DNA of 61,849 bases from Sphacelaria rigidula (lineage: Eukaryota): contig CAXNAA020000002.1 in the NCBI GenBank assembly GCA_964200075.2, forward strand, positions 1 to 61,849, read 5' to 3'. A program made the position numbers and the translations under genes. This document shows, piece after piece, positions 10,545 to 22,556 of this stretch. The notes under the pieces were generated by a model, which did not search any database, had not been told where the DNA came from, and saw only the letters and a list, made by a program, of their open reading frames with translations. How positions within the stretch are numbered: position 1 is the first letter of the stretch; the number at the start of each line of letters is the position of its first letter.

Positions 10545-11434
10545 ATGATGCGTACCATCTCACACAGGCAACGCACAACAGACGACGATATGAAATCCGT
10601 TCAGCGACAGCCGACCGCGACTGTAACAAAGACTACGATAACAATTCCCGAGACTCCCAAGACCCCGATTTTTGTGTGTGGGGGGTCGTTGACCACTGAA
10701 GACACCGCATCGATCAGGGCCTGCCTCAAATGGCCTACTTCTTCCGATAAGCGCTGCCATAACTGAGCGCATTTTCATGACGGTGTCCCCGTCCCTCTCC
10801 CAGTGAGCAGAGATGAGCTCCGTCACGTATATTTTTGTCAAGGAAATTTTGTTCATGGCAATGTGCGAAATCATTCAACATGCGCGAGACATCTCCGGCG
10901 GGGAGAGGCAACCGAAACATGTACATCGCGTTGCTGGCGTACAAAACATGGATAAAGCTCAAAGGTTCCGTGATCGATGTCACGACCAAAGAGAAGATGC
11001 GGAAGTACTGTAACTATAGGCTGGACTCCGCGCCGCCCAAAGCGATACTTACTGAGTTTGGGGGACATGTGTCAATCGAGGAATACCGCAAAGATTTCTG
11101 CGGAATCGTTCTACCGTCACAGATCGTACAAGACACCAGCCCTCTTTTGAACATCCGGCAAATGGCTGTGCTTCCGTTGATTGATACAAATTCCACTGGC
11201 TCCTCTCCCACGAGCGCCTCAAAATAATCAGTTCAGCGTATCGAGCACGCACGATCTTTTTCGGGCACCAGACGTATCGAGACGAACCGCGTACAAGAGT
11301 TCAACAACTCCTTCGTCGATAGACTGAAGAAAGCTAAGTTAGACCCAGACATTATGAAGAGAAAAAAGAAGATGAATGTTTCCAATACTCTTCTTTCGAC
11401 CGTGGGGATAGAAATTAAAAAGAGATCAAGGTGA
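10545..11434 (+). pseudogene. VLTF2: Viral late transcription factor 2-like (poxvirus A1), inactivated
   Basis: RCHN*AHFH..VPVPLP...GNF/CSWQCAKSF...APPK..L.EFGG.VSIEEYRK. TGA at 10764, 1-bp loss in a T-run ~10848, TAA at 11225, frame continues to 11434. Confidence 0.85.
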
Positions 11435-11789
11435 TTCGTGTTTGTGAATTTCCGTGTCTGGCTTCACGGCGAACTGCGAGTAGTCTATGTCTTTGTCATT
11501 GAATGATTATTTACGACTTTTGCTATGAGTGTACGGTGGCGGGAGGCGTCTCTGCTGTTGCATCTGCGGCATCACTGGTTGCATAGGTGTCCGGGAGTAG
11601 TTACTTTCGAGAATATAGACTCTTTGACCTAAACGAGGCCTACCAATTTTGGATCGTTTTGTTCATTTCTTACGAGTAAATTAATAACTGATCTGAATCT
11701 GTTCATCCTTGTTTGACACGATCAAAAAATATATTTTTTTAGCAGAATCTGACGAAGGGTTGCATGTAGTGTAAGAGTCAGACAGAAAA

Positions 11790-12044
11790 ATGTTTGTTAC
11801 AGACAACTGTCGCTTGTTTCTTATGGAAGGACTACATCACGGTGCAGGGGGTGTGAATCTCACGAATGGAACGACGGTGTCCGACGGAGACTCATTTACC
11901 CTCATATCAGGATCGAGAATTTGGCGACTTAGAATTCCGTCCGTTCAAGAAAGCGTAGACAACATCCTGATTATGGAGGTCAAGCAGGGAACCACGTGGT
12001 ATCCGGTCCAGCAGTACGTCGTCACCGACGACTTACTGGTTTGA
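11790..12044 (+). CDS. Small protein resembling the C-terminal domain of the fibre-like paralogues
   Basis: ISGSRIWRLRI...ILIMEVKQ..W resembles the C-termini of 37954-38913 and 51375-53027. Confidence 0.5.
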   Translation: MFVTDNCRLFLMEGLHHGAGGVNLTNGTTVSDGDSFTLISGSRIWRLRIPSVQESVDNILIMEVKQGTTWYPVQQYVVTDDLLV

Positions 12045-12422
12045 TTATAAATGTTGCCGTTGACCGTGCCCCGTGTCGCCAATGCTCAGGGTTTTGTTTC
12101 CACCGTCGAGGAGCGCGTTGAGTCTGGAAATAAATACATACTCGTACAACTTGACACAAAAGAACGTGTACGCCAGGTACACGAGAAGGATGGCGTAGAT
12201 GGAGATGACGAAGGCCTCGAACTTGCGGCGAATGAGTTCTTCGCATGCAAATATCGCGTCATCGGACGATGACCAGAAAAGAGCATCAATGTTCGTCAAC
12301 TCGTAACACATGTTTTCTTCGCCCAAGCCTTCCCAGAAATAGAGGAGCCTTGGTCCCTTGCGGTAGAGCGTCTTTAGTGGCCACTTCAAAAATGTCCAAG
12401 CCAACTCCTTTAGAGCGTCCAT
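12045..12422 (-). CDS. Hypothetical membrane protein
   Basis: 125 aa; YFWEG..MCYELT..FW..C motif and one transmembrane helix. Confidence 0.6.
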   Translation of the reverse strand: MDALKELAWTFLKWPLKTLYRKGPRLLYFWEGLGEENMCYELTNIDALFWSSSDDAIFACEELIRRKFEAFVISIYAILLVYLAYTFFCVKLYEYVFISRLNALLDGGNKTLSIGDTGHGQRQHL

Positions 12423-12469
12423 TTTTAGTTAAATTTCATTTTTTTTGCGAAAATCTTCGAAACAAACAA

Positions 12470-15400
12470 TCAAACTTTCTGCCTCTTGAAAAACGACGTA
12501 ATCTCTTTCCGGCCATGGTTCAAGTTCGACATCCTCCGTTGCGATCCCACGAACAGGCTCGATGGCGAATCTATCACGTGCTGTAGCAGATCGACCAGCG
12601 GGTTCCTGAGCTGATGGTTGATGTAGTAGAGGGAATCGGGTCTGCGTCTCCCGATGTTTACCATCCGGGGGTCTTCCGCTCTGGAGCTGATGTCTCCTCT
12701 CCCCGTCGTGATAACGTAAGGTATCCTCTCGCCCAGCGTTGGTGGGTCCCAGTCAACGATGTCATACCTCACAAACGCCATATATCTTTCCCCTAGCTTG
12801 TGTGCGTCACTGATGCCGGCCATTACTAACCCAACAATTGTCGCATAGCTATCGTCGACCAGCACGCGTTGAGTGTCGTCGTACAATCGGCGCAGCGTTT
12901 CTATCATATAAGCTTCCGCCTTCCAGGGACTCGCGGGGTCGCCACGAATACTCTCGACCATGTCTGCCATTACGATATATCTCTTGGCCCTCGTCGACAG
13001 AAACGACCTAAGATTGGACATCTTGTTCCAGACGGATGAAAGCAAAGAGTCGTCGTATCCACCGGGAGTCTCGTAGGCAGGCTTGATGAAATCGCGGAAA
13101 ACTGCCTGTTCCTTGGTGCGCTCCAAAACCTTCAGGGCGAGCGTTGCGTGTGGAGAGGGAGTTTTGTAAAGCCACCGCTTGAGCTCCTTTCTGATCGTCA
13201 GATCCTCGATCGATATATCCCCCTTCTCTAGTTTCAACAAGGTGTTTGTCAAATGTTCCTTCACGGCCTTCCTTCCGTCGATGACGCCGACGTCCATGAG
13301 CATGTGGATGGCATCGGATGTGCATTTGCCTACGAACGGAGCGTTGTCTCTCCTGACGGTGACAAGCCCCTTCATTGTCATCGAAGGCGGTCCTTCAACC
13401 GTTTCCCATGAAAGACCGGCGTACCTCTTCTTGGAGACCAGGAGGTACTTGAAGTATATGTTCTCGAACTCCAGCAGAATGGGATGGCCGAACATGTCCG
13501 AGATCTCCTTGGAAACTTTCGTTCCCATGTCGAAGCAGTAGCGCATTTTGTCCGGGAGGTTTTTTATTTTTTCATGATCAGGAAAGATGACCATGACCGA
13601 GTCCGTGTCGCCGTAGATGACGTTGCAGCCGTGCACGTTTTCCGCGTATTCCTTGGTTTTCTTGATCATGTTTCTTCCAGTCGAAGTCACGGTGGCGGCG
13701 ATCTCCACTAGAGGAAGCATTCCGTTGTTGACAGTTCCCGTGAACCCGTAGATGGAGTTCATTGTCACCTTCTGTGCTTTCTGCTTGGAGTCCAACAGAA
13801 AATACTTGAATGGATCCTTCTCAGACTTCATGAGTTTTTTGGTCGCCTTTCTTTCTTCGCCGAGAACTTCCTCCAGCTCGCAGAGGATGCTCTTGGATCC
13901 TGGGCGGTGCGCAAAGGTGGCAGTTACTCCGTCGGAAATCTCGTGGTCTTCGTACACCACGTTCTCAATCTTTGACGACTGTAGTGTAGCACAGCTGCTT
14001 CAGCCGCATGATGCTCGGGTACAGTGAAGCAAAGTCCATTGTCACGACGGGATCCTTTTCATAAAACCCTTTCTTGGCGTCTATGACGGACGCTCCTTTG
14101 TAGCCTTCGTTCATCACTTGCTTGCCGTCGGCCGTCGTCTTCTTCTTGGCCGGCGTGTAGTTGCACACAAACTCGCCGTGTGTTCGGTTGAGGATCAGGC
14201 TCATGCACTTGATCTGCTGACCTCTTCCAACGATATACGTCAGCGGGACCGCGCAGAGCTTGGCCATTTCCGTGGCGTCATATACTTCCTTGATATTGTC
14301 CAGCAATTTCAGAACCAGCCCGCTGTCCTGGTAGCAGTACTTGGCGATAACCCCCAGCTTCCTGGGATCCTTGGACGTACATGCATCCAGGATGTCCTTG
14401 TATGTAACATCATCCTTCTTTCCACCGAAGAACTTCTCGCACACGGCGTTCAGCTTGTAGCTGGATAGCTTTTGTGAACGCCTCATCACCATAAAAAGAT
14501 CTATCTCGACGCGGCCCGGAATTATGATTTGCTTGAGCTCGTTTTTTCCGAGAGCGGCGCTTTGCAGAGTTTTAACCTCGAGATCGCAAACGACATCCTT
14601 GATGAAGCTTAGCTTCTTGAATGCGTCGAACTTGTACTTCTCCGCCCTCTTGTACAGGAAGGCCGAGTCGAATTTGAACGTGTTGTACCCGCACAGGATG
14701 TTACAGCCGCGGTCGATCAGGATTTCCCTGAATTTGTCGAGAAGATCAAGCTCGTTCTCGACGACAAGAATCGGCGTTCCGTCCACGGAGTCGGTGTCGC
14801 CCACGCACATCACGACACCGTCGGCGTACGACGCGACGGCGTGATCAGCTGCGGAAGCGTTCGAATCGCCACCGGAATCACCGAGCCTGGCGAATATCAT
14901 CGACACTTGAAAAATGCAGTCGTCATTGGCGTTGAGCCCCGACGTCTCGAGATCGTAGGAACAGATGGTCATCGGCGGTGGCATTCGGTCAGAGGCTTCT
15001 TGTCCCACGGGATGGACGTTATGGAAGTCGACGACAAACTCTTTCGAGCAGTGCGTCTTCTTCGCTTTGTCGGGCACCTGCTCGTAATCTTCCATCCGAA
15101 AGTAGGAGGACGGTCGGACACCGCTTGCGTGAAAGAACTTGAGAATCGAGTCGATGCCATTGCATTCGTACACGCGCATTCCCGGGTACTTGTTGAGGTC
15201 GACGAAAGTGTTCGGAGCTGGCTCACGTTGGCCACAGAGCTCCTGTAGCTGCTTTCGAACGATGAAGAAGGCGATCGATCCGGTAAACTCCATAAGGATG
15301 TAGGGGAAAAGCTCTCCGTCGGAAAATCCAATTAGTCGTTTTCGTTTGATGACGGTCATGGCGTACACGTGCCGGGCCCACTGCTCCTGCTTGAACTTCT

Positions 15401-15572
15401 CGACGTAAATCGTTTTGACAACGTCTTCCGACACATCGAGATCGAAGCCCACGTACAAGTAGGTCTTGAAATTCTTGACACTAACAAATACGTTCGTGCC
15501 GTCCTCTTCCATCGCGAAGATCTGCATCATGGGACTATAATTCGTGTTTCTCCTCATTAAAAAATTGAACAT
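12470..15572 (-). pseudogene. polB: Family B DNA polymerase (phaeovirus type), split by a deletion/frameshift
   Basis: Exo motifs YDLETS and GYNTFKFD; pol motifs DFASLYPSIM, KVTMNSIYG, YGDTDS, KKRYAG. Frame breaks at ~13965 (..TTVVKD* / IENVVYEDH). Confidence 0.95.
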
Positions 15573-17287
15573 GTTTCTCCGACATGGTAATTCGTGCCAT
15601 CCTCATTAAACAATTGAAACCTGATCTTGTTCAACCTTTTGAGCACGCTTTTGAACTCGTGTGAACCCACGGCGGTCTCCGAACCGAGGAAGTTCACCAG
15701 GTCCATACCGGAAAATAGTTGAATTCTTCCAAAGAAAGATCTCGTCGATAGAGAAGGTATGTGAATCGAGCCGACGTCCTGGTTGTCGACGACGGCACGA
15801 CAGAGAACCATTCTCCTCCCACGACTCAGGTCGAAGCGGTCAGGTGCCACGTACGTGGTGCGGATCACGGTCGTCGGGTTGACGGGGGATATCGACGTGA
15901 CATCGTCCTCGAACAAAGAGTTCGTGTGGTAGTCGAACTTGACTGCTACGCCTTGGTCCAACGAAGGTACTGTCGCCCGCAGGTTCTGAAATTCTTCGTT
16001 GTGGAAATTGGAAAACACCACCACTTCTCCAACCGAAAGGGAAGTTCGTGAAGACGGCGTGATCTTCAGCTCCACCACATTGTTGTCCACAGATTAGATA
16101 TCTATGTCGTCGACACCCGCACGGCAGTTCCAATAATGTATGAACATTTGCCTTGTAAGGTCGCTTTTTATAACAGACAAACATTAAAATCTGGAAAAGT
16201 GCCTTATTGGAGCTTTCACGTCGGTTTACGCCCTAGAAGAGAGCTAGGCGGACGAATCATCCAACTTCGCAAGCGTGCCCGAATCGTGCGACCACAGCGA
16301 GGATCTGTCTACATAAACCTCTATGTGTGATTCGTCGTGCACAACGGCAACCTGGCACACCATATCGTTCATGAAACCGGGCACACCGGACAACTGCAAG
16401 AAGTCTCCGGGCGACATGAAAGGTGTGAAGTTTGTCGTGATCATCACCGTAGTACTGAGAGAAGCATTCACGCCTGAAAAGGGCGAGCCAATGGCTAAAA
16501 CCTCGAAATCCGTCTGACCGCAAATATCAGACTCCCCGAAACCCATGATCTTGGCGATCGAGTTGACACCGGAGTACGGCACCATCTTAGACAGCGACAC
16601 GTCGAGACTCTCCCAATCCAGGTCAGAGAAGTCTCCGATCACGCGAACCTGGTTGCCGACAGACTCTACTGTCTCGACGACCTGTACATCTCTGTCTGCG
16701 TACTTGTACGGTTGAAACACGAGGAGAGCACCCGGTTTGAAAACTTGCTCCGACGGGGCCAGGAAGGAAACAACAGCCTCTGTATCGGAATTGACGACGA
16801 TCGACGTAAGCGTGACCGTTTGTGTGGCGGCGTGTATGGTATAGTCGTACTCGCCCGAAGACACAATGCCTACCTTGCCGAACAGGAGGGACGTGTGAAA
16901 GTTGTATATGTTTCCCATGTCTCTGTCGCCGTTGAACATAACGGGGCACTTGGAGGAGAGAGTCAGCGAGACGCCAAGGCTTTGGATGCTGTGCCCACCG
17001 GTGCACTCTCGCAGAGAATAGAAGTAGTGCTCGTCTTCGCCATGTTTCTCGCTGATGTACAAGTTGATGGTGGTTTTGTCGATGGCGTATCTCGTGTGAG
17101 GTATTTCGAAGTTTAGGATTTTCATGCCGATCACATTTGACTGTGAATCAAACGAGAGCTCGGAATCGGCCGAGTCTGGGTACAGGATTTTGTTCCTATC
17201 CGCGGAAGAAAGGTTGAGGTATTTATGATGAACACCGTCCGTTCGAGACAGAGATGTGTCGAGATCGGAACGACGGTTGACGGACAT
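15557..17287 (-). pseudogene. Putative virion structural protein (DUF5901/penton-like N-terminal motif), interrupted
   Basis: LNLSSADRNKILYPD..NVIGMKILNFEIPHTRYAID and C-terminal KRLNKIRFQLFNEDG.NY. ORFs 16244-17287 and 15557-16090 are in the same frame, separated by an AT-rich segment containing stops. Confidence 0.5.
16126..16214. repeat. Short AT-rich insert bounded by an 11-bp imperfect inverted repeat
   Basis: AGTTCCAATAA (16126) and TTATTGGAGCT (16204-16214), inside the interrupted gene. Confidence 0.4.
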
Positions 17288-17331
17288 AAGTGCACAATGT
17301 AATGTAGGACAGATATTTTATAATTCTCCAT

Positions 17332-17634
17332 TCATGAACCACACAACGTTGCAGAAGACGCCGGCACAACTTTTCCCGACATTCTCTTGGAGCACTCCTC
17401 TCTAAACTTTCTCTTTTCCTCGTTGGCGAACACAACCTCTTCCTCTGAAAATATTCCCTTGTAAAGGTGCTTTGTTGCGGTGTTCTTTCGGATCAGTTTT
17501 TTAGCGCTTTTTCGGATCACCCGGATTTCTCTTTCCATCTTTTCCCAGCTGCGTGAGTTGAACCCTCGGCCGTCGACCGGGTTCAGTTTCTTCTCGTCCT
17601 CCTGTATCCTAGCATGTACCTTGCTCAGAGTCAT
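17332..17634 (-). CDS. Hypothetical basic viral protein
   Basis: 100-aa ORF. Confidence 0.55.
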   Translation of the reverse strand: MTLSKVHARIQEDEKKLNPVDGRGFNSRSWEKMEREIRVIRKSAKKLIRKNTATKHLYKGIFSEEEVVFANEEKRKFREECSKRMSGKVVPASSATLCGS

Positions 17635-17728
17635 GGTGGCGGTTGATCGGTGGCCTACTTAATGGCAATATAAAAATTTACGATCTAATCACGCACGCTT
17701 CAAAGTTATGAAAAGACTACATACGGGA

Positions 17729-18535
17729 CTATGGTGGTGGGGGAACGGGGACCTGGTGCATCCGGTACGGCGCGTAAGGACTCTGTGCCTGCATCGCTGC
17801 TCTGTTGTGCTCCATGGCACGCTCGCGCTCGCTGAAAACCGGAGGGGCTCCAATCAAATTCTGCAGATCGTACGCGTTGTATCCACCAGCGAGAGCGGGT
17901 CCGGGCTGCGTCAATGACCCAGTCATCGGGTGCGGGTACTGGTTGTTCGGATCAGTGGGGTGCGGATTTTGCGGTGTCGCGACGTGCATTGCGAAGGGGT
18001 CCAAAAAGTACGGGTTGTATGGGTTCATGTAGTATGACGAAGATGGGTCTGCACCGGCGTTGGAGGAAGACGACGGGTTAGACCCGGTGGCGAAGGATGA
18101 ATCACCAGAAAGGGTGGAAAGGGTAGCGGCCATGAGGAGAGGATTCATGCCGCCCATCGGAGGCATCATGGGGCCTGCCATAGGAGCCACGTGATCTGTC
18201 GCAGGAGCCATGGGTATCACCGGCGTCGTGGGCTGCAGGAGGGGTGTGAACGGGTTAGGGCCAATAGTGTTCAGAGCGGGGCCCACGGGGGCCACGGGGG
18301 CGATGGCTGCGGGTGCCGCTGCTAAACCACCAAACATATTGGGATTGAAGGGTTTCATGTTGAAGGGGTCGTGCTTGTTGATCCCGAACATTGGAGGGGG
18401 GCCGTACACTTCCTCTCCTGTTTCGTGGTGCGGATACATGTTGTAAGGGTCGAGCGGATTGTAATTTAGACCGTAGCCGAAAGAAGAATCGGGTTCACCA
18501 CCGAGCTCATTGCTGCTGTTCTGTGCGTGCTCCAT
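17729..18535 (-). CDS. Pro/Met/Asn/Tyr-rich low-complexity protein
   Basis: 268-aa intact ORF with repeated NPY/DPF/NPF motifs. Confidence 0.7.
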   Translation of the reverse strand: MEHAQNSSNELGGEPDSSFGYGLNYNPLDPYNMYPHHETGEEVYGPPPMFGINKHDPFNMKPFNPNMFGGLAAAPAAIAPVAPVGPALNTIGPNPFTPLLQPTTPVIPMAPATDHVAPMAGPMMPPMGGMNPLLMAATLSTLSGDSSFATGSNPSSSSNAGADPSSSYYMNPYNPYFLDPFAMHVATPQNPHPTDPNNQYPHPMTGSLTQPGPALAGGYNAYDLQNLIGAPPVFSERERAMEHNRAAMQAQSPYAPYRMHQVPVPPPP

Positions 18536-18637
18536 GGATTAGATTTGAATGTACTTGTTGCCAAGATTGTATTTTTTGAGAAGAGGTTGAAACTTGACAT
18601 CTGCGAAAAAATGTTTGCGTGTGGTGTAAAAGCGCAC

Positions 18638-19987
18638 ATGAAAGCAATCCGTGGTTTTTTGTCCAACAGCCACAAAAAAAGTGGAAAAAATGTGCGCGAC
18701 GAAGCCGAGCTTTCAAAACAAAACTTGGTTTGTGTAAGAACACAGTTTCTGCGCAATATGGCCCACCGTATAGACACAGACATGGTTCACCGATTTGCGC
18801 GAAGCTCTTCCAAATTCCGGGAAATTACGGACAAGACAACTATACCGGACTTTGTTTCGACAATTTTCGACGTCGGTGAAGAGTACGGCACGGTTTTGGA
18901 AAACGTCCTCAAGTACTACGATTGTGTCAACGGTTCCTTCAAGACCATCGATGGACCTATGCTAATCCGTAACGTGGTTGCTGACGCGAAGACAGATGCT
19001 AGGCAGCAAATGCTCCGAGTTTCTAAGGTGCCACCGTTGATCAACATCGACATCCGTCACGACGTGCCCGTATCCGAAATGATAGGTGACGCTCCGGTCA
19101 TCAAGGAGTGCCTTCAGGAGATTATTTTCAATGAACTGCGCCACGACGAGAACACGCATGTCTCTGTGCACGTTGCGGCGAGTCACGGTCCTTGCTACGT
19201 GACGTTCACCGTGGAAAACCAGGGTATTCGGAAAAGCGACGCCGACATGTTGAATAGTTTCACACCGTTCAATAGCATTCACAGAGGACTCGTGCACGGA
19301 TCTGGATTAGGTTTGGGACTTACCAGATGTAAACGCATGGCGCACGAACTGGGGGGCGATATTCACGTTCAGAACGGGGAGATCACCAGATTTTCACTTG
19401 TTGTCCCTTTGAAGCACGAGAAAGAGATACGTGTGCAGCAAGAAGGCATGGTCGTGAAATACGAGAGAAGGGAAAGCAATTGTTTAGTCGCATTCGATGT
19501 CGCCGATGAGTGAGACGTTTTCTCGCACGACACGATTTCGGCGACGACAACGCGACCTTCTATCTTGGTGGTGGATGACTCTGCTGTCGCCAGAAAACAA
19601 TTCCAAAAAATGATGGAGTATGTCGACATCGACGTCGACCTCTGCACAGGTCCGCACGAATGCTTGGAAAAGGCCAATGCCAAGAAATACGACGTCGTCT
19701 GCCTAGACATTATCATGCCCGTTATGTCAGGTGTTACCTGCGCTCACCACGTGCGCGAAGGAAATTCGGACAACAAGAACTCTCCCATCGTAATCATCAC
19801 GGCTGACAACTCCGTCGAGACGCGGCAGCTGTGCGCGTGCATTGAAGACAGCATGGTGCTAGAAAAGCCGGCGAAGCGCAACGTTTTGTTCAGGACTCTC
19901 GTGTCATCTATGAAAGACCTGCCGCAGAAGGAATGGATGCGAAGAACGTGGCACGAAAAAAACACAAGCGCAAATGTTGTCGCGTGA
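18638..19987 (+). pseudogene. Hybrid sensor histidine kinase (HisKA-HATPase-receiver) with an in-frame stop
   Basis: H-box FLRNMAHRIDT, G2 box GSGLGLGLTRCKRMAHELGGDI, receiver ILVVDDS..CLDIIMPVMSG..ITAD..KP. TGA at 19511 separates in-frame halves. Confidence 0.88.
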
Positions 19988-20242
19988 AACTAAAACAAGA
20001 TGTTTGTGATAACTTGACAAAGATGTTGCTGGTCACTGACAAGATATTCTTAGTTTTCTACCTTTCCCTTCTCGTGCCGGCACTCGTATGCGCGACGATC
20101 GTATCGCAAGACTGCGTTGCGATTACTCTTATTTGCATGTACGCCGTGTTCTCTGTCAGACTGATTAGCTCGAATTGCATTTTTTAAAAATCCTTAGGGT
20201 ACGGGGTCGTGTCAGCACCACTGCTGCTGTTGCTCGAAGCCA

Positions 20243-21188
20243 ATGACAACGGCATGGGTTGACAGGTATCGACCACAGAGCTTTCAAGAGGTGGTCGGTA
20301 ATACGAAAACGGTTCAGATCCTATCCAACCTCGTGGAGAAGAAGCGGTCCATACCCAATCTGATGTTTTGTGGACCTTCTGGGTGCGGTAAGACTGTGTG
20401 TGTTGACATTTTGTGCAAAGCATTGGTCAGAGAGAACCGTGGTTCAAGAATTCTGCAAATGAGCTCTTTCGACGACAGAGGAATAGATGCGGTTAGGACG
20501 ACTATCAAGAACTTTGCGAGAGGAAGGGTAAAAACCGAGGAGAATCCCGTGTTGCAAAAGATTGTGGTTCTCGACGAGGCAGATTCGATGACAACTGGTG
20601 ATTTACTCTAACACCACGCGGTTCATCATCGTTTGCAACAACTCAACCAAGATAATCGAACCAATTCAGAGCAGGTGTGCCATTCTTCGGTTCTCTAAAG
20701 TTGAAGACAAGAACATCAGCCTAAGACTTCGTCAAGTTTGTGACATGGCCGGTTTTAGGTACAAACTCGACGGCATTAAAGCGCTGGCACGTGTCGCCGA
20801 CGGGGATGTGAGGAGCGCCTTGAACAATCTGGGCCCCACCGTATCAGCTTTCAACGAAGTCACTTCGAAGAACGTGTACAAAACATGTGACACTCCTCAG
20901 CCAGCCAAGGTTGAAGAAATTCTAGAGACTCTCCGACGCAGCACCGACTTCGTTCTTGCCTGTAGAAAACTGAAAGAAATGTGTGATGACGGACACTCGC
21001 CGACAGATGTCGTGTCGACTTTTTTCAAGACCATTTGTACATCATCGGATGTTGATGAAGGACAGCGTCTCGAAATTGCGAAGGCGATAGGATGGTCACA
21101 AGCCAGTGTATTGAACGGTGCGTCAACTTACCTTCAGCTCACGGACATGCTATGGAATATCGCCAAAGTTTTTCACGAAAGTGGTTAA
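20243..21188 (+). pseudogene. Replication factor C small subunit with an internal deletion/frameshift
   Basis: WVDRYRP, GPSGCGKT, LDEADSMT, IIEPIQSRC, DGDVR. The usual AQ.ALRR.ME segment is missing at ~20598 and the frame shifts. Confidence 0.9.
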
Positions 21189-21216
21189 TTTGCACAACTG
21201 GAGAAATTAAATGTAG

Positions 21217-21675
21217 ATGATAAGAAAGAAATTCATGTCTGTCGTCGCAAAGTACGTTGCACCGTCGTTTCTGCTTACTCCTTCGGGAATCACCCTCTAT
21301 CAATCGCGACCTCCGGCGACCGGTTCAGTGGCTTTTGCGAAAGGATCCGCGGCGCTGGCAGCGTCAGTCGTTCTACAGCTCCTCGTCATCAGGCGATGCG
21401 CGATGAGGGGCAAGCCATCCAACATGCAGGGGCTGTTTGTACTTGTATACCCTGTACTCCTCCTCTCTTCGATGGCACTGAGCTTTATGCTATACAACAA
21501 CATTCCGCCACAGATGCTATTATTATTTTTGTCGGGTGGGGGTGGACCTCGACGGCTCGGCGCGTTCGGAAACCAGCCCATTCACCAGTACAGGCTAAGT
21601 GACGTTGTCGATCGCGTGAGAGAAATCGTCGGAGACAGGATGAACCAGGGCTTGTATGATGTGCGAGAGCGTTGA
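21217..21675 (+). CDS. Hypothetical membrane protein
   Basis: 152 aa with 2-3 hydrophobic segments. Confidence 0.55.
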   Translation: MIRKKFMSVVAKYVAPSFLLTPSGITLYQSRPPATGSVAFAKGSAALAASVVLQLLVIRRCAMRGKPSNMQGLFVLVYPVLLLSSMALSFMLYNNIPPQMLLLFLSGGGGPRRLGAFGNQPIHQYRLSDVVDRVREIVGDRMNQGLYDVRER

Positions 21676-21717
21676 TTCAAAAACAAATTTTGTGACGTTA
21701 GTGGTATAGAAGACAAT

Positions 21718-22539
21718 ATGGAATTTTCGTCTAACATTTTGAATTCAAATCTTGGGAACAGTTTGTTACAAGCCGGGACAGCTGTCGCCTCCGGAAAATC
21801 CGCGAAAGATGTCGCCAAGAGAATGGTAACCCGGAAGCAGACAAGGCTACTCGAAAGCCACTTCATGCAGGCCGCCGACGCATACTCTTCGGGATACAGC
21901 ACTTTCAATGCGCCAAGCATGATGAAGTTTGGGGTTTCGGGTGGCATCGCGCTGGCGACGTGGACCACGATTTACATGGTCAACAAATCGAATCGGGATG
22001 CCGACGACGCAACGGAAGAACCTTTCAAGGCTCCCGCGATCGCAGGCACCGCCGCCTTCTTCGCGGCGTTTTTCTCGGTTTTGGTATTTGACACTGTTCG
22101 AAGACAAAAAACCTTCTCCAATTTTACTGGCACAAACATGTTTATGCAATATGCCATGTTTTTCTCTGATCCACTGGCTCTTTTGTCGACCGTACTTGAG
22201 GTAGCTTCCCCTCTCGATTTCAAACAGAGCGTGCTTGCGGGGACGATCGTTGCTGTCGCTGCTGTGGTTGTGGCGAAAAAGTTTTACTTTGTGTTTAAAC
22301 AAAACGACCTTTAAAAAGAGGTCTTTACCCAAATCGCAAACGTTTTGGACGCTTGCCAAGGCCCGGGCAAGGCCGGGTGCAGCCACAAGCACGCCGGCTA
22401 CGTGGAGGCTTTCGCCAATATGGTCAAGCCCTATATCGATCAGATTAACTACGTCTTGCCCGATTCGCTCGACGCCGGTGAAGTCGCACGCGACATTGCG
22501 TCGAGGCAGATCTTCGACACTTTGAGAAATCGAGTGTAA
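21718..22539 (+). pseudogene. Hypothetical multi-pass membrane protein with an in-frame stop
   Basis: TAA at 22312; the same frame continues to 22539. Confidence 0.6.
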
Positions 22540-22556
22540 AAAGATTTGGGATGACG

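Noticed and set aside
13921-13990. Intein, intron or programmed frameshift splitting PolB
   Set aside because: No inserted sequence, no splice signals or slippery site; residues appear to be missing, consistent with a small deletion
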